Positions 42,488-53,036 of a stretch of 64,000 nt of DNA are shown here, one piece after another. The stretch covers positions 262,124 through 326,123 of the forward strand of contig CAWBYV010000020.1 of NCBI GenBank assembly GCA_963793115.1. Direction: 5' to 3'. Below the pieces are notes generated by a model that saw only the letters and a program-made list of their open reading frames with translations, did no database searches and was not told the DNA's origin. The first letter of the stretch is position 1, and every line of letters begins with the position of its first letter. The DNA comes from an uncultured delta proteobacterium (GTDB lineage: Bacteria; Desulfobacterota; Binatia; Binatales; Binataceae). A program made the translations under genes and the position numbers.

Positions 42488-43600
42488 AGGCGCGCGCGTG
42501 CTGGTGGCGATGTCGGGCGGAGTCGATAGCTCGGTCGCTGCGGCGATTTTGCGCGAGCGCGGCTACGACGTGGTCGGCGTCGCGATGCGGCTTGCGTCCG
42601 GACGCGGCGGGCGGCGGGCCGCGCGCGGCGCGGGACCTGCTGCTCGCACGACGATTTCGAGGACGCTCGGCGGGTGGCCGAGCGGATGCGCTTTCCCTTT
42701 TACGTGATCGACCTGCGCGCCGATTTCGCCGCGCGCGTAATCGGCAACTTCGTGGCCGAATATCTGGCAGGCAGGACGCCCAATCCGTGCGTGATGTGCA
42801 ACCGCGAGATCAAGTTCGATCGGTTGTGGGATCGCGCCCGCGCGCTCGAGGCCGGGCTGGTCGCGACCGGCCACTACGCGCGTATCGAACGCGCGAGCGA
42901 CGGCCGCTTCTGCCTGCTGCGGGCCGCGGATGCCGCCAAGGATCAGTCCTACTTTCTGTTTACGCTTGGCCAGGCCGAGCTGGCGCGCACGCTTTTCCCG
43001 CTGGGAGACATGACGAAGACGGAGGTCCGCGCGCGGGCCCGCGCGCTCGGTCTGACCAACGCCGACAAGCCCGAGAGCCAGGAGAATCTGTTTCGTTCCC
43101 GACGGCGACTATGCGCGGCGGTCGAAGCGATGGCCCATCGCGGCCGCATAGTCCCCGGCCGCGTAATCGACGGCGCCGGGCGCGTGCTCGGCGAGCATCC
43201 GGGGATTCATCGCTTCACCGTGGGGCAGCGCCGCGGTCTGGGTATCGCCGCCGGCGAGCCGCTCTACGTACGCGCCATCAGCGCGGCGACCGGTGATGTC
43301 ACGGTGGGCCTGCGCGAAGAGCTTATGGCGCGCGGCCTTACTCGCGACCCGCGTCAGTATGGTCGATCCGCGGCTCTGCGGCCCGCAACTTTCCGGGCGG
43401 GGCGCGACTCCGATTGAAGTGAAGATCCGTTACCGCCATCCGGCGCTTCCCGCGACGCTCACGATGCTCGCGGGCGGCCGCGCCGAAGTCCGCTTCACTT
43501 CCACCGGCGGCCGGCGGTCACGCCCGGACAGGCCTGCGTCTTCTACCAGCGCGACGAAGTGCTGGGCGGCGGCTTTATCGAGCGCGCGATCGAAAGCTGA
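42484..43600 (+). pseudogene. mnmA: tRNA 2-thiouridine(34) synthase MnmA; several frame breaks
   Basis: ATGA overlap with the desulfurase stop. [17 protein letters not shown]-loop, GRTPNPCVMCNREIKF, ATGHYAR, KDQSYFL, C-terminal GQACVFYQRDEVLGGGFIERAIES. Confidence 0.85.
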
Positions 43601-43606
43601 ATCATC

Positions 43607-44994
43607 ATGCGCTTTGCAATTGCGACGCTCGGCTGCAAGGTGAATCAGTATGATTCCGCGATCATCGAAGATCGATTGCGCGCGCAGGGCATGCAACGCG
43701 CCGAATTCAACGAGCTGGCCGACGTTTACATCGTCAACACCTGTACCGTTACCGATCGCGCCGACGCGGAAAGCCGCAGGCTCGCGCGCCGCGCGCGCCG
43801 TCTGAATCCCGGCGCGCGAATCGTCGCGACCGGATGCCTCGCGCAGGCCAGCCCGGAGGTTCTGGCGCGCGTGCCGGAAATCGACCATGTGATCGGGCTG
43901 GGGCGGCTCGACGATTTGACGCGCGCCGCCATCACCGTCGCCACCGGCGCAGGCGCGGTCGCCACCGGCGCGGGCGAGCGCGTGATGGTATCGAACCTGC
44001 GCAAGCATCGTGGCGCGATCGAAGTCGGTGCGGTCGCGATCACCGGCCAGACCCGCGCGTTCTTGAAGCTGCAGGAAGGATGCGACCAGTTTTGCACGTT
44101 CTGTATCGTGCCGTTTTCGCGCGGCACTTCCCGCAGCGTCGAGCCGCGCCGAATCTTCGCCGCGCTGGACGATCTGCACGCGCGCGGATTCAGGGAGGTG
44201 ACGCTCTCGGGGGTCCATCTCGGCGGCTACGGCCGCGATCTGTCGCCCGCGATCTCCCTGGAGACGCTGCTCGAAATGATCGCCGAGCGATGCCCGATCG
44301 GGCGCGTCCGGGTAAGTTCGCTCGATCCCGAAGAGCTTAGCGACCGGATCATTTCGATCATCGCGGGGAGCGGCGGCAAGTTTTGCCCGCATCTCCATCT
44401 GCCGCTGCAGTCCGGCGACGACCAGATCCTCGCTGCGATGCGCCGGCGCTACGATACGGCGCACTACCGCGCGCGGATCGAGCGCGTGATGCAGGCAATG
44501 CCGGACGCGGCAATCGGGACCGACCTGATCGTCGGCTTTCCGGGCGAGACCGCCGCGCACTTCGAGCGTTACTTTAAGTTCGTCGAAAGCCTGCCGCTTG
44601 CCTATTTCCACGTCTTCCCGTATTCGGTCAGGACTGGCACCACTGCGGCCAAGTTTGGCGGGCAGGGTGGGGCAGAGCGAAATCAAGCGGCAGGCCGAGG
44701 CGTTGCGCGAGCTCGGCGAGAGCAAGCGAGCTGCGTTCGCCCGGCGGTTCGTGGGCGCGCGGCTTGGCGTGCTGCTCGAGGAGCGCGAGCCACGGGGAAA
44801 ACTGAGCGGCTACAGCCGCAATTATATAAGGGTCGCGGCCAGCGGCCCCGATGAATTGAAAAATCGCGAAGTGGAGGTAGCGGTATCGGCAATCGATGGC
44901 TTGGGAGCTGGCTGGCGAGATTATTTCGGCGCCCGAAGGGTCAGCATCCACAACCGCAGTCGCAATCGCGACCGCAGCCGAGCGCACGCTTTGA
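43607..44994 (+). pseudogene. mtaB: MiaB-like radical-SAM tRNA methylthiotransferase (MtaB type); frame breaks near 44650 and 44903
   Basis: LGCKVNQYDS, NTCTVT, radical-SAM CDQFCTFCIVP, GFPGET, with the TRAM-region tail in a second frame. Confidence 0.8.
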
Positions 44995-45673
44995 GGGAGA
45001 CGGAGCAGCCCTTGAGCGTGTGCTCGACTACTCGTTCGGAAATCTCGAGTATCTCGCGACCGCGCTGACTCATCCGAGCGCCGTTGGAGCAGGCGGCGGC
45101 GCCGACTACGAGCGTCTGGAATTTCTGGGCGACGCGGTGCTGGATCTCGCGATCGCGGATCTGCTGATGCGCCGCCTGCCCGGCGGCGCAAGGAAGGCAC
45201 GCTCTCGAAGCATCGCGCCTCGATCGTCAACGGCCGCACGCTGGCGGCCAAGGCGCAAACCGTTGCGCTCGGCACGATGTTGCGGCTCGGCAAGGGCGAA
45301 GAGAAGAGCGGTGGACGCAACAAGACTTCGATTCTCGCCGCCGCTTTCGAAGCGGTGATCGGGGCGATCTATGTCGATGGCGGACTGGAGCCCGCGCAGC
45401 GCGTCGTCGAGCAACTGTTCGCCGACGATATCGGCGGGCCGGCGGCTGAGCGCGATTACAAGACCGAGCTGCAGGAGATTGGCGCATCGCCGTTTCCATG
45501 CCCAGCCGATTTACGAGCTGGTGAGCGAGCGCGGCCCCGACCACGCCAAGCGCTTCACCACCCGGATCCGGCTCGGCGGACGCGAGATGGGCACCGGCGA
45601 AGGGCGGAGCAAGAAGCAAAGTGAACAGGCGGCCGCACGCGCCGCATTGTCGCGACTCGAAGACCGTAGCTAA
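44991..45673 (+). pseudogene. rnc: ribonuclease III; frame breaks near 45008, 45185 and 45480
   Basis: ALTHPSA, signature [32 protein letters not shown], dsRBD (DYKTELQE...GPDHAKRF...[14 protein letters not shown]). The start is approximate. Confidence 0.78.
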
Positions 45674-45702
45674 CGTTCCCGCCGGACCTTTGGCCGGATC
45701 AA

Positions 45703-46614
45703 TTGCCAGATGAATTCAACCCCAACCATGACGGCCATCGCGCGGGCGTGGTCGCGATCGGCGGATATACCAACGTCGGCAAGTCGACGCTGCTCAACCG
45801 GCTGGTCGGCCAGAAGGTCGCGATCGTCACCCCGCGTCCGCAGACCACCCGCCGCCGCATCGTAGGAATCCGCAGCGACCCCGACGCGCAGATGATCCTC
45901 ATCGATACGCCGGGACTTCACGAGTCGGCACGGCCGCTGAACCGCCGGATGGTGGACACGGCCCGGCGCTCGATTGCCGAGGGACAAGTGATCGTCGCCG
46001 TGGTCGCGGCGCGCGCGCCGCTCGGCGCGGCCGATCTGGCGGCGGTCGCCGAGTGCGCGCGCTCAAACGTCCGACCGTCATCGCGATCAACAAGATCGAT
46101 CTGCTCGCGCGCCCGAAACTGCTGCCGATGCTCGATCGATTCAATCGGCGAGGCGTTCGCGGCCGAAATCGTCCCGGTCAGCGCGCTCACTGGCAAAAAT
46201 ATTGACGAGCTGGTCCGCGTGATCAAGCAGATGATGCCGCTCGGGCCGCCCCTGATGCCCGCCGATCAATACACCGATCAGACCGAACGCGCGCTCGCCG
46301 CTGAAGTAATCCGGGAGAAAATTTTCCTCGCGATGCGCGAGGAGGTGCCTTTCTCGACCGAAGTTAGAGTGGAGAGCTGGACCGACGAGCGCGAACGCAA
46401 GCTGGTCAAAATCGCGGCGGAGATTCTGGTCGAGCGCGAGGCGCACAAGGGCATGGTGATCGGCGCAGGCGGTCTCATGCTCAAGCGGATCGGCACCGCG
46501 GCACGGCTCGAAATCGAGGAGTTGATTGGCTCGCACGTCTTTCTCGAGCTTCGGGTCAGGGTCGAACGCAACTGGACGCGCGATCCGCGCAAGCTCACCG
46601 AGATGGGGTTCTGA
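45703..46614 (+). pseudogene. era: GTPase Era; two compensating frame breaks near 46065 and 46140
   Basis: G1 GYTNVGKST, G3 DTPG. The expected NKID (G4) reads only in another frame (PTVIAINKIDLL). KH domain with VIGAGGLMLKRIG. Confidence 0.85.
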
Positions 46615-46651
46615 GGTGGAACGGCTATCGAAGGCGTGCGGCCGCCGCGAG

Positions 46652-48115
46652 ATGCCGCCCGCGCCGCGACTACCCGCTGCGCTCGCGGAGGGCTTGCCGG
46701 TGGTGGTGCTGGTGGGCCGGGCGAACGCGGGAAAGTCGACGCTCTTCAACCGCATCGTGGGACGCAATCGCGCGATCACGAGTGCGATTGCCGGAACCAC
46801 TCGCGATCTCAATATCGCGCGTGCGGTGCATGAGGGCCGCGAGTTCGCGATCGTGGACAGCGGCGGCCTGGAATTGGGCGGGCGCGCGCCCGCCGAGGCC
46901 GCGAGTTCGCACGTGAAGGCTGCCGGTTCGCACGTGAAGGCTGCAGGCTCGCAGATGAGCGCGCGGATTGTCGAGGAGGCACTGCAAGGCGTCGCGTCGG
47001 CCGATGTAGTGGTCTTCGTGCTCGACGGGCGCGCGGGACTGAGCGCCGCCGACGAGGAGGCGGTCGCGGTGATCCGCGAAACCGGGCGCCCGATCCTGAT
47101 CGCGGTCAACAAGCTGGACCGCCCCGCGCAGGAAGCCGGCGCCGCGGAGTTCTATGCGCTGGGCGCCGATCAGTTGTTTCCGATCTCCTCGGCGCATGGG
47201 CGCGGAATCGGCGAGTTGCTCGACCAGGTGATCGCGCTTCTGCCGCCGTCGCAGCCGGCGGCCGAATCGCAGCCCGAGTTGCGCGCCGCACTGATCGGGC
47301 GGCCGAACGTGGGCAAATCCTCGATCCTCAATCGGCTCGCCGGCTTCACCCGCGCGCTGGTGGACGACTCGCCCGGAACGACCCGCGACACCGTTGACGT
47401 CCGGGTCAAGGTCCGCGATCGCGACATACTCCTGATCGATACCGCCGGGATTCGGCGCCCGACTCGGGTCAGCGGCGAGCTCGAGCAGCATTCGGTCGCG
47501 CGCGCGATCGAGACGATTCGGCGCGCCGAAGTGCTGCTGCTGGTGGTCGACGGCGTCGAGGGGGTCACCGATCAGGATGCGCGGCTGGCGCGGCTGGTCG
47601 AGAACCACGATCGCGCGCTGGTGGTCGTGGTCAACAAGTGGGATGCTGCGGCGAAGCTCAAGCGCCGGGTTCCCGCCTTCGCGCGCGACCTTCAGCAACG
47701 TTACCCGTTTCTCGATTTCGCGGCCGTGGTCTTTACCTCGGCACTGACCGGCGACGGCGTAAGTGAGATTCTTCCCGCCGCGCTGGAGGCCGGGCAGGCC
47801 TTCCGCGCGGTCTTCCAGACTTCGATCCTCAACCGAATTTTGACCGGGGCGACTGCTGCGATGGACCCGCCGCTGGTCGACCGCCATCGGCTCAATCTGA
47901 TGTACGTGACGCAGGTCGGAAGTTCACCGCCCAGGTTCAGATTCTTCTCGAATCTCGAGCGGGATATTCCGGCGCACTACGTGCGCTTTCTCGAAGCCCG
48001 CTTCCGCGACGCCCTGGAGCTTCGCGGCACGCCGCTGCGCTTCGAGTTCAGGAAAACCCAGAGCCGCGCGGGCTTCGGCGTAAGGCGGCCGATCTCCCGG
48101 ACCAAGTCCCGCTGA
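46652..48115 (+). CDS. der: ribosome-associated GTPase Der/EngA (two G domains)
   Basis: GRANAGKST / GRPNVGKSS P-loops, NKLD / NKWD, KH-like C-terminus. Contains an in-frame 21-bp tandem duplication at 46905-46946. Confidence 0.9.
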   Translation: MPPAPRLPAALAEGLPVVVLVGRANAGKSTLFNRIVGRNRAITSAIAGTTRDLNIARAVHEGREFAIVDSGGLELGGRAPAEAASSHVKAAGSHVKAAGSQMSARIVEEALQGVASADVVVFVLDGRAGLSAADEEAVAVIRETGRPILIAVNKLDRPAQEAGAAEFYALGADQLFPISSAHGRGIGELLDQVIALLPPSQPAAESQPELRAALIGRPNVGKSSILNRLAGFTRALVDDSPGTTRDTVDVRVKVRDRDILLIDTAGIRRPTRVSGELEQHSVARAIETIRRAEVLLLVVDGVEGVTDQDARLARLVENHDRALVVVVNKWDAAAKLKRRVPAFARDLQQRYPFLDFAAVVFTSALTGDGVSEILPAALEAGQAFRAVFQTSILNRILTGATAAMDPPLVDRHRLNLMYVTQVGSSPPRFRFFSNLERDIPAHYVRFLEARFRDALELRGTPLRFEFRKTQSRAGFGVRRPISRTKSR

Positions 48116-48216
48116 CTTCGAGTTGATTTGCCGAGTGTATCTGTGGAAAGCGGCGGCGCGAGCCGGCTTCGCCCGCGCGCGGCGCTCAGCTATCATTTCG
48201 CCAAGGTCTGATTCGC

Positions 48217-49746
48217 GTGATCCTGATCCTCGATTTCGGCAGCCAATACACCCAGTTGATCGCACGCCGGGTGCGCGAGGCGCGGGTCTATTGCGAAATC
48301 CATCCGTACAATCTGCCGATTGAGAAAATCCGCGCGCTAAGACCGCGTGGCGTGATTCTTTCCGGCGGGCCCGCGAGCCTCTATGAAACCGGAGCGCCGG
48401 ATATCTCACCCGAGGTGCTCCGGCTCGGATGCCCCGTGCTCGGAATCTGTTACGGGCTATACGTGATCGCGCAGCATATGGGCGCGCCCAGCGCCGGCTC
48501 CCGGGCGCGCGAGTACGGTCCCGCGACGCTGATCATCGACAGCGACGATCCGCTCTTCGAGGGACTTGAAGGCCGCGAGCATCGGGTCTGGATGAGCCAC
48601 GGCGATCGGGTCGAGAACCTTCCCAACGAGCTCTGCGCGATCGCTCACAGCGGCAATTCACCCTACGCGGCGTTCCGCAGCCGCGACGGCCTGCTGCGCG
48701 GAATCCAGTTCCATCCTGAAGTGGTCCACACGCCGTGCGGCCCGCAGGTCTTGCGCAACTTCGTGCTCGGGATTTGCGGCGAGCCCGGCGACTGGACGAT
48801 GACGAACGTGATCGAGACCAAGACCGCCGAAATTCGCGCGCGCGTCGGCCCGCACGATCGGGTCCTGATGGGACTCTCCGGCGGCGTAGACTCGGCGGTG
48901 GCTGCGGCGCTTGTCCATCGCGCCGTCGGCGATCGGCTGAATTGCGTCTTCGTCGATACGGGGCTGTTGCGCGCGGGCGAGCGCGATCGGATGGAGACCG
49001 GGTTCGCGCACCGGCTCGGGATCGATCTCAAGGTGACGGACGCTTCCAGCCTGTTCCTCGAACGCCTGGCCGGAGTGCTCGATCCGGAACAGAAGCGGCG
49101 CATCATCGGCCATACCTTTATCGACGTGTTCGAGTCCGAGGAAATCGTTCGCGGCGCGCGCTTCCTCGGACAGGGCACGCTCTATCCCGACGTGATCGAA
49201 TCGGTCTCCTCCAAGGGGCCGTCGGTGACGATCAAGAGCCATCATAATGTCGGCGGACTTCCCGACCGGATGCGCCTGGAGCTGATCGAGCCGCTGCGTG
49301 AGCTGTTCAAGGACGAGGCGCGCGCGCTTGGGCGCGAGCTTGGGCTGCCCGCCGAGATCGTCGATCGCGAGCCGTTCCCCGGACCGGGACTGGCGGTGCG
49401 AATCGTGGGCGAGGTCACGCGCGCGCGGCTCGATCTGGTCAGGCGTGCCGATCGGATCGTGATGGACGAGGTTGCGTCGGCGGCGCTCGGGCCGGGCCTC
49501 TGGCAGGCCTTCGCGGTGCTGCTGCCGGTCAAGACCGTCGGCGTGATGGGCGACGGGCGCAGCTACGAGAGCGTGATCGCAATCCGCGCGGTCGAGTCCT
49601 CGGACGGAATGACGGCGGATTGGGCGCGAATCGATCCCGCGCTGCTGGCGAAAATGTCAACTCGAATCACCAACGAGGTGAAGGGGGTCAACCGCGTGGT
49701 GTACGATATCACCTCGAAGCCGCCCGGCACCATTGAATGGGAATGA
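48217..49746 (+). CDS. guaA: GMP synthase (glutamine-hydrolysing)
   Basis: GATase domain (ILDFGSQYTQLIARR, GICYG, HPEV), PP-loop SGGVDSAVAA, C-terminal TSKPPGTIEWE. Confidence 0.93.
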   Translation: MILILDFGSQYTQLIARRVREARVYCEIHPYNLPIEKIRALRPRGVILSGGPASLYETGAPDISPEVLRLGCPVLGICYGLYVIAQHMGAPSAGSRAREYGPATLIIDSDDPLFEGLEGREHRVWMSHGDRVENLPNELCAIAHSGNSPYAAFRSRDGLLRGIQFHPEVVHTPCGPQVLRNFVLGICGEPGDWTMTNVIETKTAEIRARVGPHDRVLMGLSGGVDSAVAAALVHRAVGDRLNCVFVDTGLLRAGERDRMETGFAHRLGIDLKVTDASSLFLERLAGVLDPEQKRRIIGHTFIDVFESEEIVRGARFLGQGTLYPDVIESVSSKGPSVTIKSHHNVGGLPDRMRLELIEPLRELFKDEARALGRELGLPAEIVDREPFPGPGLAVRIVGEVTRARLDLVRRADRIVMDEVASAALGPGLWQAFAVLLPVKTVGVMGDGRSYESVIAIRAVESSDGMTADWARIDPALLAKMSTRITNEVKGVNRVVYDITSKPPGTIEWE

Positions 49747-49764
49747 GCCAATGGGAGTGACCGC

Positions 49765-51207
49765 GTGACCGTACGCACCCGCTTTGCCCCGAGTCCCACC
49801 GGCTCGCTGCACATAGGCAACGTCCGCTCGGGCTTGTTCGCGTATCTTTTCGCGAGGCACAATCGTGGCGCGTTCATCCTCAGAATCGACGACACCGATC
49901 GCGAACGCTCGACCCGCGAATCGCTGGAGGAGATTCTGGCCGATCTGAAATGGCTCGGTCTCGAGTACGACGCTGGCCCGCCCGACCCGGAATATTTTCA
50001 GAGCAATCGCATCCCGATGTATCACGAGGCGGCGCGCAAGCTGCTCGCCGCCGGTGATGCGTATCCATGCTATTGCACCGCCGAAGAGCTTGAAGCGAAG
50101 CGCAAGCTGGCCGGCAAGGAGCATCGCAAGCCCGGCTACGACGGAACTTGCCGCGAGAAACCGTTTGCGCGCGACTTGCCGCTGCCCGACAAGGCGGCCG
50201 GGCGCAACTACGCGATTCGTTTCCGTATCCCGCAGGACGGGCAGACCGTGGTCGAGGACTTGGTGAAGGGCAACACGATCTTCGAGAACAGCGAACTCGA
50301 CGACCTGGTTATCCTGCGCTCCGACGGCGGCGCCACCTACAACTTCGCGACCGTGATCGACGACGCCGGCCTCGCGATCACGCACGTGGTGCGCGGCGAC
50401 GATCTGCTGCCCAGCACGCCGCGCCAGATCCGGATGTTCCAGGCGCTGGGGCTGAAGCCGCCGCAATACGCCCATCTGCCGCAGGTGATGGGTCCCGACG
50501 GCTCGAAGCTCTCCAAGCGTCACGGTGCGACGTCAGTATCCGCTTATCGCGACGGCGGCTATCTGCCTGAGGCGCTGCTCAACTACCTCGCGCGGCTGGG
50601 ATGGTCTCACGGCGACCAGGAAGTTTTCTCGAAGCAGGAGCTGATCGAGTTTTTCGATTTTTCCGGATGCGGCAAGTCGGCCGGCATCTTCAACGCCGAC
50701 AAACTGCTGTGGCTCAACTTCAACTATTTGAAGCAAAAGACTCCAGCCGAGCTGGCGAGTCTGGCGCGGCCGTTTATCGAGCAACGCGGCTGGCGCGTTC
50801 CTGCCCAACCGGGATGGCTGGAAAAGATGGTCACGACGCTGCAAGAGCGCGCCAAGACCCTGGTCGAGCTGGTTGACTTCGCGCAGTTCTACTTGAGCGA
50901 CGAGATCGCGATCGATCAGAAGGCTGCGGATAAATTCCTCAAGCCCGAGATCGCCGAGCCATTGAAGGAGTTGGCGTTGGAACTCGAAGCGCTCGACCGC
51001 GGCTTTTCGGAGTCATCGATTCGGGCCGCCTTCGAGCGGGTTCTGGCCCGCCATGAACTGAAGCTCGGACAACTCGCGCAGCCGGTGCGCGTCGCATTGA
51101 CCGGCGGCACGGTAAGCCCCGGGATCTACGAGGTGATCGCGGTGCTCGGCGCCGAGCGCACCGTCGCACGCCTGCGCGAAGCGGTACGGCGAATCGAAGC
51201 TCGATGA
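49765..51207 (+). CDS. gltX: glutamate--tRNA ligase
   Basis: RFAPSPTGSLHIGN (HIGH) and KLSKRH (KMSKS), 480 aa. Confidence 0.93.
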   Translation: MTVRTRFAPSPTGSLHIGNVRSGLFAYLFARHNRGAFILRIDDTDRERSTRESLEEILADLKWLGLEYDAGPPDPEYFQSNRIPMYHEAARKLLAAGDAYPCYCTAEELEAKRKLAGKEHRKPGYDGTCREKPFARDLPLPDKAAGRNYAIRFRIPQDGQTVVEDLVKGNTIFENSELDDLVILRSDGGATYNFATVIDDAGLAITHVVRGDDLLPSTPRQIRMFQALGLKPPQYAHLPQVMGPDGSKLSKRHGATSVSAYRDGGYLPEALLNYLARLGWSHGDQEVFSKQELIEFFDFSGCGKSAGIFNADKLLWLNFNYLKQKTPAELASLARPFIEQRGWRVPAQPGWLEKMVTTLQERAKTLVELVDFAQFYLSDEIAIDQKAADKFLKPEIAEPLKELALELEALDRGFSESSIRAAFERVLARHELKLGQLAQPVRVALTGGTVSPGIYEVIAVLGAERTVARLREAVRRIEAR

Positions 51208-51659
51208 TTGTGCCGGGCGGCACGAGACTGCTCGCGATCGCCGTCGCGATGACAGTCGGCGTCTCGGGATGCTTGGGCGTGTCGGTGCCATTTGGCGGCC
51301 AGCCGCAAGATGACTATCAGAAAAAGCTTATCAAGCAATTCGAGAAGGCCGCCTTCAGCATCAGCGGCGGCGACATCTTCGTGCGCAGCGACGACACCAA
51401 TCCCTGGCAAGGCGTGAACATTACGCTCGACACCGACCACGGCTACTTCCGCCAGACCGCGGGCGATATGGAGCCCGGCCAGGTGCGCGAGTTCGCGCTC
51501 AAGAGCTTCGTCGATCAGTCGGGCAACGCCTTTGGGCCAGACAATCGGATGAAGAGCGTCTGGGTGCAGGGTCGGTATCCCGACGGCGGGCGGGTCAACG
51601 AAATGGCGTTTCCCGCCGAGACTTTCGGCTATCAATCGGCCGTCCCGCCCGGTGGATAA
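51204..51659 (+). CDS. hypothetical lipoprotein
   Basis: Signal peptide with lipobox VSGC. ATGA overlap with gltX. Confidence 0.55.
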   Translation: MIVPGGTRLLAIAVAMTVGVSGCLGVSVPFGGQPQDDYQKKLIKQFEKAAFSISGGDIFVRSDDTNPWQGVNITLDTDHGYFRQTAGDMEPGQVREFALKSFVDQSGNAFGPDNRMKSVWVQGRYPDGGRVNEMAFPAETFGYQSAVPPGG

Positions 51660-51678
51660 GCATCGGCGGAGTGGGGAG

Positions 51679-51765
51679 CACCCTCACCCGCGCGTCACGG
51701 CGTTTGCAAGAAAAGAGCAAACGCCGCGCCGCTTGCCCTCCCCCTGGTCAGGTCAGGAAGAGGGA
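51679..51765 (-). repeat. REP family 1 copy, inverted orientation
   Basis: ACCCTCACCCGCGCG...CCCTCCCCCTGGTCAGGTCAGGAAGAGGG. Confidence 0.65.
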
Positions 51766-51821
51766 TCAGGAGCGGTGGGCGCTAGTATCTTAGTTAGTAT
51801 GGGTGAAGTGCCGCGAACTGG

Positions 51822-52934
51822 ATGACTCACGTGACCCTAAGAACTACTCACGAATGGATTCAAAAGCTCGCGGCAGAAAGCGACCTAATCGCTGACATGC
51901 GGCTTGAAACCATCCTCAAGAACGCCAACCTCGACACAGACGCATTTAATCTCGCTAATTCCGACGCCCATTGTAACCTCGTTGTCCGCGCGATCAGCGT
52001 GCTGCTGACTAAGGACTTTTCGTCGAAAGAGAACGCTCGCGACCTTCTTTGCAACCTGATCAAGCCACCTCAGACGTACGGCGCTTTCGCGGAACTCGCT
52101 GCGTACGACTGGCTGGCCCGCTGTCATGTGGAAATTACAACTCAAGTCGCCATGAACCCGAGCGACGTTCTTGGTACGAAAGGCTCGACGCTCGACGGCA
52201 AGATCGAGCATACCGGCACCTATTTTGACGTGAAAGCTTTCGGCTCTAATGGACGGCTCGCTCAGCGGTTGAAGGAACGGTTGGAGAAAGAAATCCCCGG
52301 TGAACAGGTTCTTATCGAAGAGTCGTGGGACCTTTCTTTTGAAACGTTTCGCGATTTGATCGAGGCTGCACCAAGTATTGCCGCTGAACTCAAGCAAAAA
52401 CGGATGGTGCGAAAGGGCCGGATGCATATCCGCCTTCAACCTAAGAAGGCCGTGACGGTTTCAGCGCGCAGTGTCGATCCCTATTATCTTGCCAAAGAGA
52501 ATGCGCTCTACGCTTTCAGCGACGCAAAACAATTTACCAGGAACAGTCCATTCATACTGATATTCGTGGTGCATCCTTGGTTCAATGCGCTTTCGATCCA
52601 CAATGATTTTGCGGGCGTAGATACGACTTTCACTCGTTCGCTTGCCCGTCGCGCTTTCATGCAATTCTCCACGGATTCCAGGCTTCTTGCCTCCATAACC
52701 AAGCATGTTCCGCCAGCCGTGACCCTTGCCGATGCTTCGCGGCTTCTGTCCGCGATTTTCTTTGTCAATGTGTGGCCTAAAGAGGCAGATCCAAACATTA
52801 CTTATGCCATGCCTTCATGGCTGTATTTGAACCCGCGCGCTACACATCGTTTGACCCATGGAAGTGTGACGCTTTTCCGCGCTCTAAGCCCAAATACTAC
52901 CTACATCGACGACTTCTCCAGCGATGATTATTGA
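51822..52934 (+). CDS. hypothetical 370-aa protein with a PD-(D/E)xK-like motif (low-GC orphan)
   Basis: E91 (FAELAAYDW) ... D125 (LDGKI) ... D136-V-K138 (YFDVKAF). A sampled 60-nt line is 47% GC. No family recognised. Confidence 0.55.
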   Translation: MTHVTLRTTHEWIQKLAAESDLIADMRLETILKNANLDTDAFNLANSDAHCNLVVRAISVLLTKDFSSKENARDLLCNLIKPPQTYGAFAELAAYDWLARCHVEITTQVAMNPSDVLGTKGSTLDGKIEHTGTYFDVKAFGSNGRLAQRLKERLEKEIPGEQVLIEESWDLSFETFRDLIEAAPSIAAELKQKRMVRKGRMHIRLQPKKAVTVSARSVDPYYLAKENALYAFSDAKQFTRNSPFILIFVVHPWFNALSIHNDFAGVDTTFTRSLARRAFMQFSTDSRLLASITKHVPPAVTLADASRLLSAIFFVNVWPKEADPNITYAMPSWLYLNPRATHRLTHGSVTLFRALSPNTTYIDDFSSDDY

Positions 52935-52936
52935 AG

Positions 52937-52995
52937 CTTACACCTCTCCCCGACCAGGGGAAGGTCGGCGAGCGTTGCGCTCGCCGGGTGAGGGT
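52937..52995 (+). repeat. REP family 1 copy, direct orientation
   Basis: CTTACACCTCTCCCCGACCAGGGGAAGGTCGGC...GCCGGGTGAGGGT. Confidence 0.7.
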
Positions 52996-53036
52996 AATCT
53001 GCCAGCCGGCCGCTCAGGTTACATCGAGTAGCCGGA

